Shown: positions 1 through 11,947, counted from the first letter of the stretch. The stretch is 35,767 nucleotides of DNA from Klebsormidium nitens (GCA_000708835.1 DF237708.1:1-35767); one strand, 5' to 3'. Notes: a model not told the origin generated them from the sequence alone. Translations and numbers: made by a program.

Positions 1-876
1 CTTGTGCGGCCGGCCGGGGCGGCTTTGCGCGGCCGCCTAGATGAATTTTCTAAACCCTGCAGGGTTTCCATCGTTCTAACTGTCAGGTCATAGGGGCTGG
101 CCACGTATACAGAAAACAGGGGGCAAAATATATACCCTCTGCTCACATACACCTGCGACCAAGCCCGCACTAGTGTCTGCAGTTCTCGGAAAATCGATCG
201 TATAGGCTGACGTTGTTATATGCTGTTGATATCGGCTATATGGCTTAGGGGAATTCAGCTTAGGAGAAGACGCAATATGTCCACTTTCGTATTTTCAAGC
301 TTGTATGAATATGCCCGGTATGTAACTCCGACTAGTAGTTTGCTAAGTATGAAATGGCCCTGGAAGTTGCCCGGTGGGTGGTCGGACCAAGCAATTGTGG
401 CGCAATTCAGAATTGCTGGAAGCTTGTCATGAACAGGTGATGGCGCCAAAACGCCGACATTGACAGTGAAAGTACGTGGTGGTCGTCTGCTTGATCCTTC
501 CGTGATAATACTTGATTCCTTCATTTCTTTCTTCGTTGACGATTTGAAAACAAGCCTGTACCAAGGTCCAAGGTCATTGAATGTACAAGGAAGACACTCT
601 GTTTCTCAGTGTGGCGAGCGCCAAGGATTCAAGCTCAAAATTGTGGGAGCTGCGTGAAGGTAGTTGTTTCATCAAGCTACCAATCGATGCCCCATCTAAG
701 GTTTGCTTCACAAGTTCCTTCAACTACTTCAGCAAGGAGCTTGCAGATTGCTTTACCTTAGAGAGTTCTGCTTTGTCCTAGCTGAACTCAGAGCTTAACT
801 CAGAGCTCTTTCTGGTGAACCTACATTCTTTAGAGTCACTGGGTGTTCAGCACAAAGAGGAGCAGGACGAGGAAGC

Positions 877-3481
877 ATGGCGGACATGCCAGCTGCAATC
901 ATGCAGCAGGTGAGCTGCTGTGACAATGAACCTAATTCTTTCAATTAAAGGCTCTTTCTTGCATAAAGGGCTGCTCTTGCTAGTGACCTGCAGTTGGGGG
1001 CAGTCAAACCTAGGGTCTGCTCTTCATGATCAAGTCCAGTGGACCAGCTTGTACTTTTTCTTTTGGATATGAAGGCTAGAGTCTAAATGTTCTCAGGAGA
1101 AGCTCCCCCTTTGGTTGCTTTCTGGACGCAGGCTCTGATTGCGCAACCTGAACCTGCTTCAGCTTAAATCTGCTTCTCCTCCGTCAAGATTGCCCAAGAG
1201 GATTGAGAGCATTGTCTTTGCCACTCTGGCGGATAAACTTAGCTATTTAGGCCCACCGTGCAATGGATGGAAGAAGCCCACACTCCAGCTCTGCCAGCTT
1301 GACACAGTCAAAGTTGCAATTGCTCAGCACTTCCAGGTTATTGTGACTGATCTTTCATGGGCATGAGAATCACAATCTGGTACTTTTGTCAAAGGCGTTG
1401 AAACAACGGGCCTATTTTCCTTCTCGACTTCTTGCAACCACCCGCGAAAACGGCTTGAGCTCAAGCCCGAGCTGCCCACATTCGAGTTCAAAAGATTTCT
1501 TTTGTATCAGCACAGATCGTTATGTCATACTGATACGGTCTTCAGAGATCTCAGGCATGGAGCATCGACTCAGCTTCATTCACAAGTGAATCTGGTAATA
1601 CTTGTCCACTTGATGCTTGTTGCTCACCTTCTCAGTTGTGGCCGTCGAAAAAGTTTTGTTGGACAACTGTCTATCCTATATACATTTTGCCTGAGATTCG
1701 AACCACCTCTTCTAGCTTGCAAATAGGCAGAAATAGCTCTCACTCAGCATACTCACTCCTCTGTTAACGGGTTTCAAAATCATCTTGAAGCTTGACAGCT
1801 TGTTTCTGTCTTTAGTTGAAGTGTGATTGGATTAGGAGTCTCGTATGTAATCACCCCGCAGCAGAATGTACCAGCGAAAGTTATCAGAGGAAACGTGCTC
1901 GTTACGTAAGTACTGTTTGGCTAAAGGGCCAGCTCTCGCTGTATAAGGAGGGAACTTTCTCATGAACTTCCAACTTGGAATAATCGGGGCTTACCAAGAA
2001 CCCCATGAGCTTGGCTTACAATTGCCTCTCTCTTCACTGGGCTCTGCTCCTAGTTGGTCCTTAGGTATCTCGTGCACTTCTATACGCACTGGAATGCGTT
2101 CTTCTGGGTAGATTACTTGTTGATTCTCCAGATCTGATGTCAAAGCTAGATCTGATGATGAAGCGAGGGGCTTGTTCCCTCAGTAGGATTGATCTCGAAC
2201 ACCTCAGACAGTCAAGCAGATTGGACTGGTCATCTCTGTGGATTACTCCTTCATTGAGACCCTTTGTCCATTTCTCTCGTGCAGGTGATTGAGAACCAGG
2301 TTCTCACTGCTGCCAAAGCTGTTGAAGAACACCTAGACGCGCAGCTCGACCGGCTGGACAAACTCGATGAGGACGACATAGAAGCGATAAGAGAGCGGCG
2401 GCTGGCGGAGATGAAAAGGCTGGCTGCAAAGAAACAAGAGTGGGCAGCAAAAGGTCACGGGGACTATCGGGAGATCCCCACTGAGAAGGACTTCTTCAGC
2501 GAATCAAAGTCGAGCGAGCGGGTTGTGTGCCATTTCTACAGGGAGAACTGGCCTTGCAAGGTGGGTGCACGCTCAATTGCTCGATTACTGATGCTTCTTG
2601 AAGCTGGATTATTGGAATTCTAGTCAGTCTGCTGCTTCGAAGGCTGAATTGGAGTTGCTGATGTTGACCCGTTCAGAGAGCGGTTGAGTCGGAGTGCTAA
2701 TGCTGAGGTCGGAAGTGGAGATGTTCAGAATGGACGCGATAGCTCTTTTCTAGAAGGCAGAAAGGGGTGTAACAATCCGAGGGATTCATCTGGTCTGACA
2801 AGCTTGGCGAAATCCATAGACGTTGGCAGATCTCTGAAGAGCATCCACAGGTGCAAGCCTGATTGGGCATCATGACCAGGCGGTTCTTTCGCAAGCACCT
2901 CTGTCACTGGCGTCAGTCGTTCCGCGAGCCTCTCTGCTTGTGAGGCGCTGATTGCAGTGTCCGAAATACGGAGGCGCTTACGAAAATCTCTGCTTTTCGG
3001 AGAGACGTTTGCTCGCAGCTGACGTTTCCGACTGTTCAGAATACTCTCAACTTGTTCAGATCGACGTCCTTGACTACTTGGAGTAGTTTACGCCCGTCTC
3101 TTCCACTCATCTTTCCAGGTTGTAGACAAGCACCTGTCCATTCTCGCAAAGGAGCACCTCGAGACCAAGTTCGTAAAGCTCGACGCCGAGAAGAGCCCCT
3201 TCCTCTGCGAGCGGCTGCGGATCTTCATGCTTCCCACGATTGCAATCATCAAGAACGGCAAGGCAGAGGACTACGTTGTCGGGTTTGACGAGCTAGGCGG
3301 GTCAGATGATTTCGGAACCGAGGTTTTGGAGGAGAGGTTAGCACGGACTGGGGTTATCTTTGCAGACGGTCTGGGTGGGGATGGTGCTAGCAGGAGGAAA
3401 GCGAAGGGGCCGTCGGAAGAGAAGCGGTCAATCAGAAAGGGGGGAGCCAGGGATGATGGTTCGGACGATGATGACGAATAG
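877..3481 (+). CDS. TXNDC9: Thioredoxin domain-containing protein 9 / phosducin-like protein 3 (3 exons, ~223 aa)
   Basis: Exons 877-909, 2285-2560, 3119-3481 join in frame at GT-AG sites: MADMPAAIMQQ|VIENQVL...ERRLAEMK...GHGDYREIPTEKDFF...RVVCHFYRENWPCK|VVDKHLSILAKEHLETKFVKLDAEKSPFLCERLRIFMLPTIAIIKNGKAEDYVVGFDELGG...SDDDDE*. These motifs are typical of the TXNDC9/PhLP3 family (recognised from memory). Confidence 0.93.
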
Positions 3482-5093
3482 AGAGGTAACGATTTGTACA
3501 GCTTCACATGCCAACGCGTCATGGCAAGCCTTCGCGCATCTGGTTGTGTACGGTCATCTGACATGTTGTGGGGCACTGTTTGTTGATTACGCAGTCATAC
3601 GAAATTGCGTTCTCTGGCTTGTAAGCCGCAGTGGGGTTCGGTCGTTTCAAACAAGTTTCATACACTCTAAGTTAACAACGAATTTGCGCCAAAGCGGCGG
3701 CCGGGCAGGCCCGGGTGCACCTGCTGGCCACCCTACACCTAGTCCACTGAGCTCGTCAGTAAGTGCCGCCGCAAAAAGACAATTGCAAGCTCATTAACCG
3801 CATGCATGCATCACATGGGACACTGAAATGCGGTCGCCTTTGCAGATTCAATGAACTTCGAAAAGCTACGGGCCGGCTGCAATGCATTTATTGCAAGGTA
3901 ACCGTCTGGCCGGATGTGCACAACGGCAGCACAAAACACTTGCATGCCAGGTTTACCAAACCCGGCCATCGTAAAAGTGGAACGAGCCATCGTATAGCTG
4001 GCGGCAGCTGCATTGTTGCGGCTAGCTGAAATGACGCCGCACCGGGCAGTAGAAGCTGGCTACAAACGCGCGACCGCACGTTGAGCCGTAGCTTCGCCGA
4101 GCTTAATCAAACTTAGATCTCAGGCTTGTGTACGTCCGAAAAGAGTTTGGACTGTTATTCTTGGCACTCCCGGCGGAATCTGTTGTCATCACAAAATAGT
4201 GCTGACCGTGATTTGTGCACTCACATGCTTCATGCTGGCCCTTTCATAGCGCAGTGAAGATCTGAAAAAGCATTGATACATTCGCTCGAAGTGTCTGTGT
4301 AAGCTCTACTTAACACGTCTGGCCGTCAAATCACGTTGTACAACCTGGGGAGGCCCAAAGCCAGAAAGCACAGGGTTTCCCTCCCCACGAGGACGTGGAA
4401 TGAAGTGCTCGAGTCCGATGCATCGCAGAATTTTCCGATCTCGCTTTGGAAATCCACTTTCGACATGCCTTTTTTGACGAGCCCCGTAGGCATAGCGCAT
4501 CGAGCTGCTCTGAATGTACAGCTATTGTAACAGGCTGGCAATATTTCAACTATCTCAGCTCAGCTTGAACATAGAGTTTTGAGAACGAGCGATCTTCCAA
4601 GGGAAGCAGCACGGTTCATGCCCGAAGCAGTCTCGAAAACAAGCTTGGGTTTGCATCAACCTCCGAGGTTCATCTTTTCACATGTGCATCCTTCGAGGAT
4701 GTTTGGGTGCCAGCTTCCCTCGAAATGGAAGGTTGGCAAGTTGTCGAGGATGGACGGAACGCTGACAAGCACCTCATAAACGAAACTTGTTTTTTAAACG
4801 CTCGAGGCTAGTGCAGGTTGGCACATGCTGTCCCAAGAATGGTTTACCACACTGAAGGGCACTCCGAACACAGAGATCTTCAATCATTCGCAAAGCTGCC
4901 ACTGTTGCAACAAAAGAGCCGCCTCTTTCAGCAGATGGAAGCCGCTTATCCAGCTTGATATAAAAAGATCTCAGATTGTCTCGCCTGCGGTTTTCACACT
5001 GCATTCTATGCGTCCAGGTTTTTCTGCAAGGCATTGACTTCTCCTTTATTGCCCGAACGCAAGGAGGACCCCGTTTGCTGCGTCAACGAAGAG

Positions 5094-7364
5094 ATGGCCG
5101 CCGCCTGTACAAGCAAGGTGAGAGTATGTATTTCCAAGTGGTGCTCAAGCTTGGCATTTGCAGCTTGAAAGAAGATTGCTTCATTGCCGGCTCGATTGTG
5201 AGACTTGTGGTTTCTGAAGCAAAAGGCTCGATTCGAAGGCAGCTACCAAATGTTCATATCTTGCTGCAGCTTTGGACCTCGGAAGCGAAAGGCGTTGAGG
5301 TCGTCCATCAACTTTGTCAAGACTTCTTTCCGTCCCTTTCATTTTGCTGTTAAATCACAGCAGAACAGATGTTGACAGTTCTCCTCTCCTATCTATGGTT
5401 CCCTCGACAAGGTTACTAGAACCGAATCCTCCTCGTTATCTAGGAAGTCCGCAGCTTCTGGCGCATTGTTGAAAGCGAGTGTAGCTGCCAATCTGCTGCA
5501 CAACAGACTGTTTGTTCCTTTGTTGCAGGTTTTGGGAGCTCTGCTCATGTTGACGGCTGCCGTGGCGGTCCAGGCTTGCACGCCTGAATGTACCGGCTGC
5601 AATGCCTACGGGTGAGTTACAGAACACCCTCAAACGGTTTGACGGGATGAAAGACACAAAGACGATTGTGTGATTGAATTGTGATTGTGATTGTGATTGA
5701 ATTCACCTTTCCGCATATTATCCCCAAGATTATTTTCGCACAACGAAACCAGGCTTCGCTCGTTTCACTACTGAGCTCATTATCCCCAGACACTGGTACC
5801 TTGGTCGCAAAGACGTCTTGTGACGTTTCTTTTTGCTCTCTTGAATTTCCTGCTTCTGTCAGGCCCTACTGGAGCGGTCAGGGTTGCGGTGACGGATCGA
5901 ACCAGGTCTTCACTAAGACGATGCCGGACGGCACCGACCACACGGCCTGCTGCGCAGCATGCGCGTGAGTCCAGATTGGTCAGCTTTCGTCAGCCAGCTT
6001 GAGTGGAGAAGGAACAGCCTCGATGCAGATGATCTGAGCTTCTCGAGTCTGATCGAAGGTTCTGAAGTCTTATGTACTGGATGCCGCAGAAGTGACATAA
6101 CTCTTCCCAGAGCGCAGCGTTTGGCAGAGACGGCGAGGATTGTCGAATACCGCCTGAGAGACTCGAAGTAGTGCCTTGCCAACATATCTCCGTGGAGTTG
6201 TAGAAGGACGAAACATAAGTCGAAGTGTTGTTTGTCTCCAAAAATGACTCTTCTGATCTTGTCGGGCATCACAATAAAGCAATCAGGTCTGAGTCACAGG
6301 AGGCTTTTGGACTTCTAACCCCGCGGCTTGAAGCTTCGCCATTGACCAGTTTCAAGAACTCTATGTGAAAATTGCATAGGATCCCCCTTGCAGCAAGTCC
6401 AAGTGCTGCCTCTTCTGGGTGTACCAGCCCGACAGCCTCGAATGTCAGGGCTACTCCAACTGCAACCGCATCGACGGTCAGAACACCGTTCGGGAGTGGC
6501 TGGGAGACTGGAAAGTGCTCCCAAAATCTTGCCCGGGGTACTCGCCGGTAAGCGCTGATAAGCTCTCCAAATCGGGGGTCTAAAGAGGCCCAGGTACGTT
6601 TGCGACGTTCCCAAGGAAAGGCCCCTTCATATCTTCTACACAACTGACGTCTCGGAGTAGCCGGACAATGACGTTGTTTTCGGGTTAGGCAGGATGCATG
6701 ACGACAAGAGCATCTAAGAGCTATCCGCGTGTGTGACTGGAACTCCAACTCTTATAAAATAGCAGTTCCTGAAAGTTGAGAACTCGCGCCAGAGCATCTC
6801 AGTAATATTGCTCCGCTCGAAGTCGTTTTGGGAAGATCGCATGCCCAAGCCGTTCCAACCCAATCGCCGCTGAATTGGCAGACCTCCGAGATGAAAGAGA
6901 GATTCAATGCAGATTAACTTAAGGTCGACCTTTTTCAACTTGAATTCTTTGTCTTTTACGTCCTTACTGGAAAAGGGGTCCTCAACACCGGTAGTTGCCT
7001 GTAGATGAAATCCAAGTCTTCTTTGATCTCCATAGATCCCGTTTTTGATCTTCTGTCGATACGTTATACAGCTTCAATCCACCTTTTTTTTTTGGCAAGG
7101 AAAGGCCCGGCCTGCTTCGACGAGAAATTGATATGACAATCTCTCCTCTCTTCGCATCTGCAGCATCCTGACGCTGAGATTGCCTACCCGGGCCTTCACG
7201 ATCCTAACGACGCACCTTGGCCTGTGGGGGAAAACCCTCCCGTTCTGGGGAACTAGGAGGTTGGCAGAGTGCCATCACGGAGCCTCACTATCCAAAGCCA
7301 CCCTACCAAGGCTCTAATGATAGGTTACACTACGAATACTTCACATCAAGTCAGAAATATATAG
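5094..7364 (+). CDS. Secreted cysteine-rich protein, PAN/apple-like module, paralog A (5 exons, ~187 aa)
   Basis: Exons 5094-5117, 5529-5611, 5863-5964, 6394-6547, 7164-7364 have consistent phases and match paralog B exon for exon. Protein: MAAACTSKVLGALLMLTAAVAVQA (signal peptide) CTPECTGCNAYGPYWSGQGC...TACCAACAKSKCCLFWVYQPDSLEC...HPDAEIAYPGLHDPNDAPWPVG. The CCxxC-x4-CCxxWxY-x6-C spacing resembles PAN/apple domains; the domain call is inference. Confidence 0.8.
5664..5705 (+). repeat. (GATTGT)n microsatellite in intron 2 of secreted paralog A
   Basis: gattgtgtgattgaattgtgattgtgattgtgattgaatt, seen directly. Confidence 0.7.
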
Positions 7365-8294
7365 CTTCAGAAACTGGATAAGCTATAAGCCTGAACTAAG
7401 GCGAGCGCGTCACTTCCAATGCAGCAAAGTAGATTCCTTTCATGATTGGCGTCTTGGTTTCTAAGTGCAGAATAGTTAAGGGTAGGACTGCTTGAAAAAT
7501 GGGGAATAGGCTGGATAATGGGTTGAGAAGCTGACTCTGGTGACTGTCATACGTCCAAAGCCCCATTAGTTAGTCTTCAAGTAGATTGGACAGACCGACT
7601 GATCGTAAGCCATGTTTCCAGAGTGGAAGGTTGTTATGTGCTCAGATGTTTGTAATTAGACCGCAGCTTAAAAGCTCATCTAGTATCCCCTTCAGCTTGC
7701 AGTAGTATAGCCCCTCATGCGTAGTGCTTCCAGTTCTGAAAACGACCGGGAAAAGCAGTACTGGTCATGCCGAAAGAATCTTTTATCCATCATGGGTTCG
7801 GGTCATGTCGGCGTTCGTACGTTTCCTTTCGATTTGCACCTTCGAGATGTTCCCCATTTGTGAATTGCAAATTTTGGCGGCTTGCCGGAATGGCGTAAAG
7901 AAACGGATTCCAACAAGCATCTTTCATGTAATCAGTTGAGCACTGGATTTTCTCGCTTTCTGAGCGCAATAAGCTAGTGAAAAACGGCACATGCGGCTCG
8001 CAAAAGCGATGAGAGCATCTGAGGCACCTCGGTCTTGCGGAGATCTTGCCTCCTGCGAAAAAGCTGACACAGTTGCACCAGACGGCCGAAGCAAACCCTT
8101 ACCTCAAGCATCAATTCAGCAGAGCGAAAAGCTTGGTACGAGTGACGAAAGGAGCTCACAGATGGTCAATCTCACTTGCAAAACCCAAAAGTCGTCTCAT
8201 GGTTCAGAGCTCTCAGGACTGCACTGGGCAGAAATGATCTGTATCCTGCCGTTCTAGAGCGCAAGAAGACCCCGTTGGGAACGTTAACGCAGGA

Positions 8295-10498
8295 ATGGCC
8301 CCCTGCAAAAAGGTGAGAAAGTGGATCCCCAACGAGTGCTCCAGCTAACCATGATACGGAAACATAACCCCCTTTCCGACACGTCCAACTGTTGCTGAAA
8401 TTTGCGGAATCAATCGTGACAGTTTTGAGTGCTAGAGTTTCCATCCAGCAAGTCGTATGCAGCGCTTATGTGCAGTAGATTCGGACTCAAAGTCCTGAGT
8501 CAATAGAGCCTCAAAGACGTCAAGTCTGAGATCTCAAGGGATTTTCGATGGGCCTTCTATTACATTTCGCATGTCAAGATCAAAGTGTGACAATGATTTT
8601 CCCTCACCTCTTCTATCACGGTGACGTTGGCAAGGGGGTTCTTGACTGTCAAATCGGAGATCCGCTTCTGGTGCCATGTGCCATGTGCCATGAAGCAAGT
8701 GGCGCACCATCTTTACGTCCAGTTGCAGGTTTTGGGAGCCCTGCTCGTTGTGACGGCCTTCATGGCGGTCCAGTCTTTCACGCCTCAATGCACGGAAAGC
8801 AATGCCTTCGGGTAAGTTTCAAAATATTTCGAAGATGGAAAAATCTGTTAAACCTTAAAATCAGAGACAGCAAAAGGGGTGTCCTCCGTCACTGTTCTTT
8901 CTGCCGCATATATATCCTCAAAGGTACATGAACCCAAACTAGTCAACTTCCAACAAGACAAACTCCATCCTGAACAGAAACATCCGTTCGATACCCGCAC
9001 AAAATCAAAGGCTCGCTCATCACTTGAGCTCCCGCAGGCTGCTCTCAATCACACCCCGTTCAGAAACGATGGATTCTCGCTCGTTGATCCTAACTCCGTT
9101 TCCTGGTCGCAAAGCCATCGTGATAGAGTTTTCTTTTCCCGCTCTTGACTAATACTCAACTAGTCTTTCTGTCCAGGCCCTACTGGAACGGTCAGGGCTG
9201 CGGTGTCGGGTCGAACCAGATCTTCAACCAGACGTTGCTAGACGGCACCAATCACACGGCGTGCTGCGAGGCATGCGCGTGAGTCCAGCGCGATCAGACT
9301 TCCGGGAAAATGATGACTAGCATAACCAGCGCCGGAGAAGATCAAGTGTCAGATTGCTCAACCAAACCTTTTTGTATCGGATCTGACGATAGTGAGCCGC
9401 TTCGGTAAGGAACCCCGGCTGAAGTGACAAAAACTCTTCTTGGCTGGCACTGTCAACAGCCATAATGCCGGCTGAACGACTTCACCGTTGCAACAATCCT
9501 GGGACTTGCAGGAAGTAAGTTTTGGTCTCAAACATTAAGAGGCTTGTCCTTGCTTTTTCTCAACTGGTCATCACGGTCCCGCTGCCATCGCCGAAGCGGT
9601 AAATGTATGGATTTTCTGCTCTTTGCCAGAGAGGAGTCGTCGTTATCTTTATCCAAGATTCACTGAAGGCGGCCTCCCGTCTGCAGCAATGCTGAGTGCT
9701 GCCTATTCTGGGTGTACCAGCCCGACAGCCTTGAGTGTCAGGGCTACTCCAACTGCAACCGCACCGACGGTCAGAGCACCGTTCGGGAGTGGCTGGGAGA
9801 CTGGAAGGTGCTCCCACAGTCATGTCCGGGCTACTCGCCGGTAAGGGTTGGAGACTCCTCGTCCCTCTAGTTCTCCCAGAAGAGGAACAGGACAATGAAT
9901 TACACTCGTGGGTGGAGCTCTTTGATCTGGTCTAGAATGAGGATCCAGAACAGCGCGTTGCAGCGACTCGATCTTGTATCACCTCGGATTCGTCGAGACT
10001 CTTCCTGTAACGTTCTGCAAGTAATCTCTCTTTCCTCAGTGGGTCTGCCGATTTGCCTCGTTGGATGGAAACGCTTTGGATGTTCCAATCATCGAAGTAA
10101 GCATGCGGAAGAATGGTTTTTGACAAAACCCTGTCAGCTATGAGCAGTCTGGTTCCACATTCTACAGGCAGGTGCGCCCTCAGGCTTCGCCTCCTCCGTC
10201 CCTGCGAATCGTCGTTTTAAAAAGTTGGCTCTTCTTCGCGTCAACACAACAGGGTCCTTACACTAGAGAGATGATCCTTAATAGCTAGCACTGCTTTAGT
10301 TCATTGTCTGCTTCCTCGACATGAGCTGCAGTAGTCGCCGCTATCGCGAAACATCTGCTTCGATTGTATTCCATTTGGACGAACGTTCGTCTTTGCTTTC
10401 TGCAGCATCCTAACGCGGAAATCGGTTACCCGGGCCTTCACAATGATAACGACGCACCTTGGCCAGTGGGGAACAATCCTTACGTCCCTGGGAACTAG
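8295..10498 (+). CDS. Secreted cysteine-rich protein, PAN/apple-like module, paralog B (5 exons, ~149 aa)
   Basis: Exons 8295-8312, 8729-8811, 9177-9278, 9687-9840, 10406-10498. Internal exon lengths (83, 102, 154 nt) are identical to paralog A, while introns have diverged. Protein: MAPCKKVLGALLVVTAFMAVQSFTPQCTESNAFGPYWNGQGC...CCEACANAECCLFWVYQPDSLECQGYSNCNRTDG...YVPGN*. Confidence 0.82.
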
Positions 10499-11239
10499 CA
10501 GCACAGCAAAGACCATCAAGCCGCCTCAGTTCGCAGGTCGGATCGACACCATACTGAGTCCTGCGGAATTCGTCAGACCGGTCTAAGCCGCTGTAGATAC
10601 TTCTTTTCGAGGTTAAGTCCTGGGCTTTGGGCCCGAGAAGCCGCAATCAATTCTCGCGATGTCATCTCATTGAGATCGCAGAAGAAGTGCACCAGGAACA
10701 GGATGGAGTTGCGAACTTTCCTATTGGCTACCGTGTTTAGATCAGTATACCCGTACAGAGATTGAAGGAGAGTCGACAGCTTGCATCATGCAGCGCAAGC
10801 GCTATCAAATTCAGGTTCTTGGGCTGTGTAGCATGGACCCACAATAAGCATTAAAGGCAATCAAAGACAAACAGCACATTTGCATGCCTGACACTGAGCT
10901 GGCCTTTTTCTCGCGCGGCAGGCTTGCTATACTGCACGGTGACGAGCTCCATGCATGCATGGTCTATACGTATATTCAGACAAGCCTCACAAGCATGATC
11001 ATTGTGCTTGCAAGTTTGATCACATGCATGTGCATGGTGCTTGGTGTAGATTGGATTGAACTTTTACAAGGTCACCCGTCAAGTCGTGATCGGATATGTC
11101 CAATTGGCGAATCCTGCCGGGGATTGATGAGTTGAGCCTTTCGATCTAGGTTATCTCGGTTGTGGAAGTTGCATCCCACTCGAAATCATTGTTGACCACG
11201 GATGGAAAATCTTAAACAGGAACGTTGCGCAACTCTTCA

Positions 11240-11947
11240 TCACACGTCCGAGCAAGCTACCAAAGCTGTAGGTTTTACAACCGCAGACGGTTCATCCGCA
11301 ACGAGGTACCGCAAGTCGCCCTTACTTCCGACGGAAAATCCTTCGACGACTATTCGCTTCAAGAATAAGGGCGCGTCCACAACCATCGTATGAAACTCCC
11401 CATTCTCTCCGCAGGCATCGACAACGCCTCCCCGTTCTAGTTCTATCAACTCGTCCACAGCTGCCCTGTCTAGTTTCCTACCTAACCACTCAACTCCCAA
11501 GAGCGGCATTTTGACGCACGTCATCCGGACGTCCAAACCTGACGTCAGCATCTTGTCCAGGATCACGCCACGTGGCAGCTGCCACAGCGGCGTAAGCACG
11601 CCGACGCCAGTGCCCTCCGCGCACTCTCTGATCCAATTGGGCGCCCCGTTGATGAGATCGATGTCGCCCGTGACTAGCGTCTCGATGCCGTGCTGCGAAC
11701 CCAAATCTGTTATCGCTTTGATATAACTCTCTTTGTACGGAACGCCTATGACTATTTGCAGATGGGGCAAATCCAAAGCTTCTGCTTGGAGGGCCATAAG
11801 GGGGAGGGGGTGGGCGAGGAACCCGGGGTTGACTTCGGGGACGAACGTAACCAGGGCGGTTACGAAATAACCCAGGGAGTGCGCCTCGTGCAGCGCCAGG
11901 CAGCAGTCCTTCCCCCCTGTCCACAGAACCGCCGCCTTCGACCCCAT
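11240..11947 (-). CDS. DUF71/COG2102 Dph6-related ATP pyrophosphatase (PP-loop), bacterial type, single exon, 235 aa
   Basis: Uninterrupted ORF from ATG 11947: MGSKAAVLWTGGKDCCLAL (PP-loop variant of SGGKDS), FLAHPL, LVTGDI, PNWIRE, TPLW, GENGEFHTMVVDAPLF. It has no C-terminal YjgF/RidA domains. The track's start at 12058 is a GTG. Confidence 0.9.
   Translation of the reverse strand: MGSKAAVLWTGGKDCCLALHEAHSLGYFVTALVTFVPEVNPGFLAHPLPLMALQAEALDLPHLQIVIGVPYKESYIKAITDLGSQHGIETLVTGDIDLINGAPNWIRECAEGTGVGVLTPLWQLPRGVILDKMLTSGLDVRMTCVKMPLLGVEWLGRKLDRAAVDELIELERGGVVDACGENGEFHTMVVDAPLFLKRIVVEGFSVGSKGDLRYLVADEPSAVVKPTALVACSDV

Noticed and set aside
5-42. GC-rich hairpin (GCGGCCG...CGGCCGC) followed by CTAG, resembling a Helitron 3' end; similar case at 3700-3745
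   Set aside because: The first CTAG is followed by A rather than T. In the second case the hairpin is too far from CTAGT. No 5' TC end is identifiable.
52-67. Perfect 16-bp palindrome AAACCCTGCAGGGTTT
   Set aside because: Single occurrence with no context; the halves are only partial telo-boxes.
6269-6748. 159-aa minus-strand ORF, partly repeated at 9560-9895
   Set aside because: It is the antisense shadow of the conserved exon 4 of the secreted paralogs; the plus-strand reading has splice sites and consistent phases.
8673-8692. (GCCATGT)x3 and other short tandem repeats (781-806; T run at ~7084)
   Set aside because: Ordinary intronic or UTR slippage repeats with no further structure.
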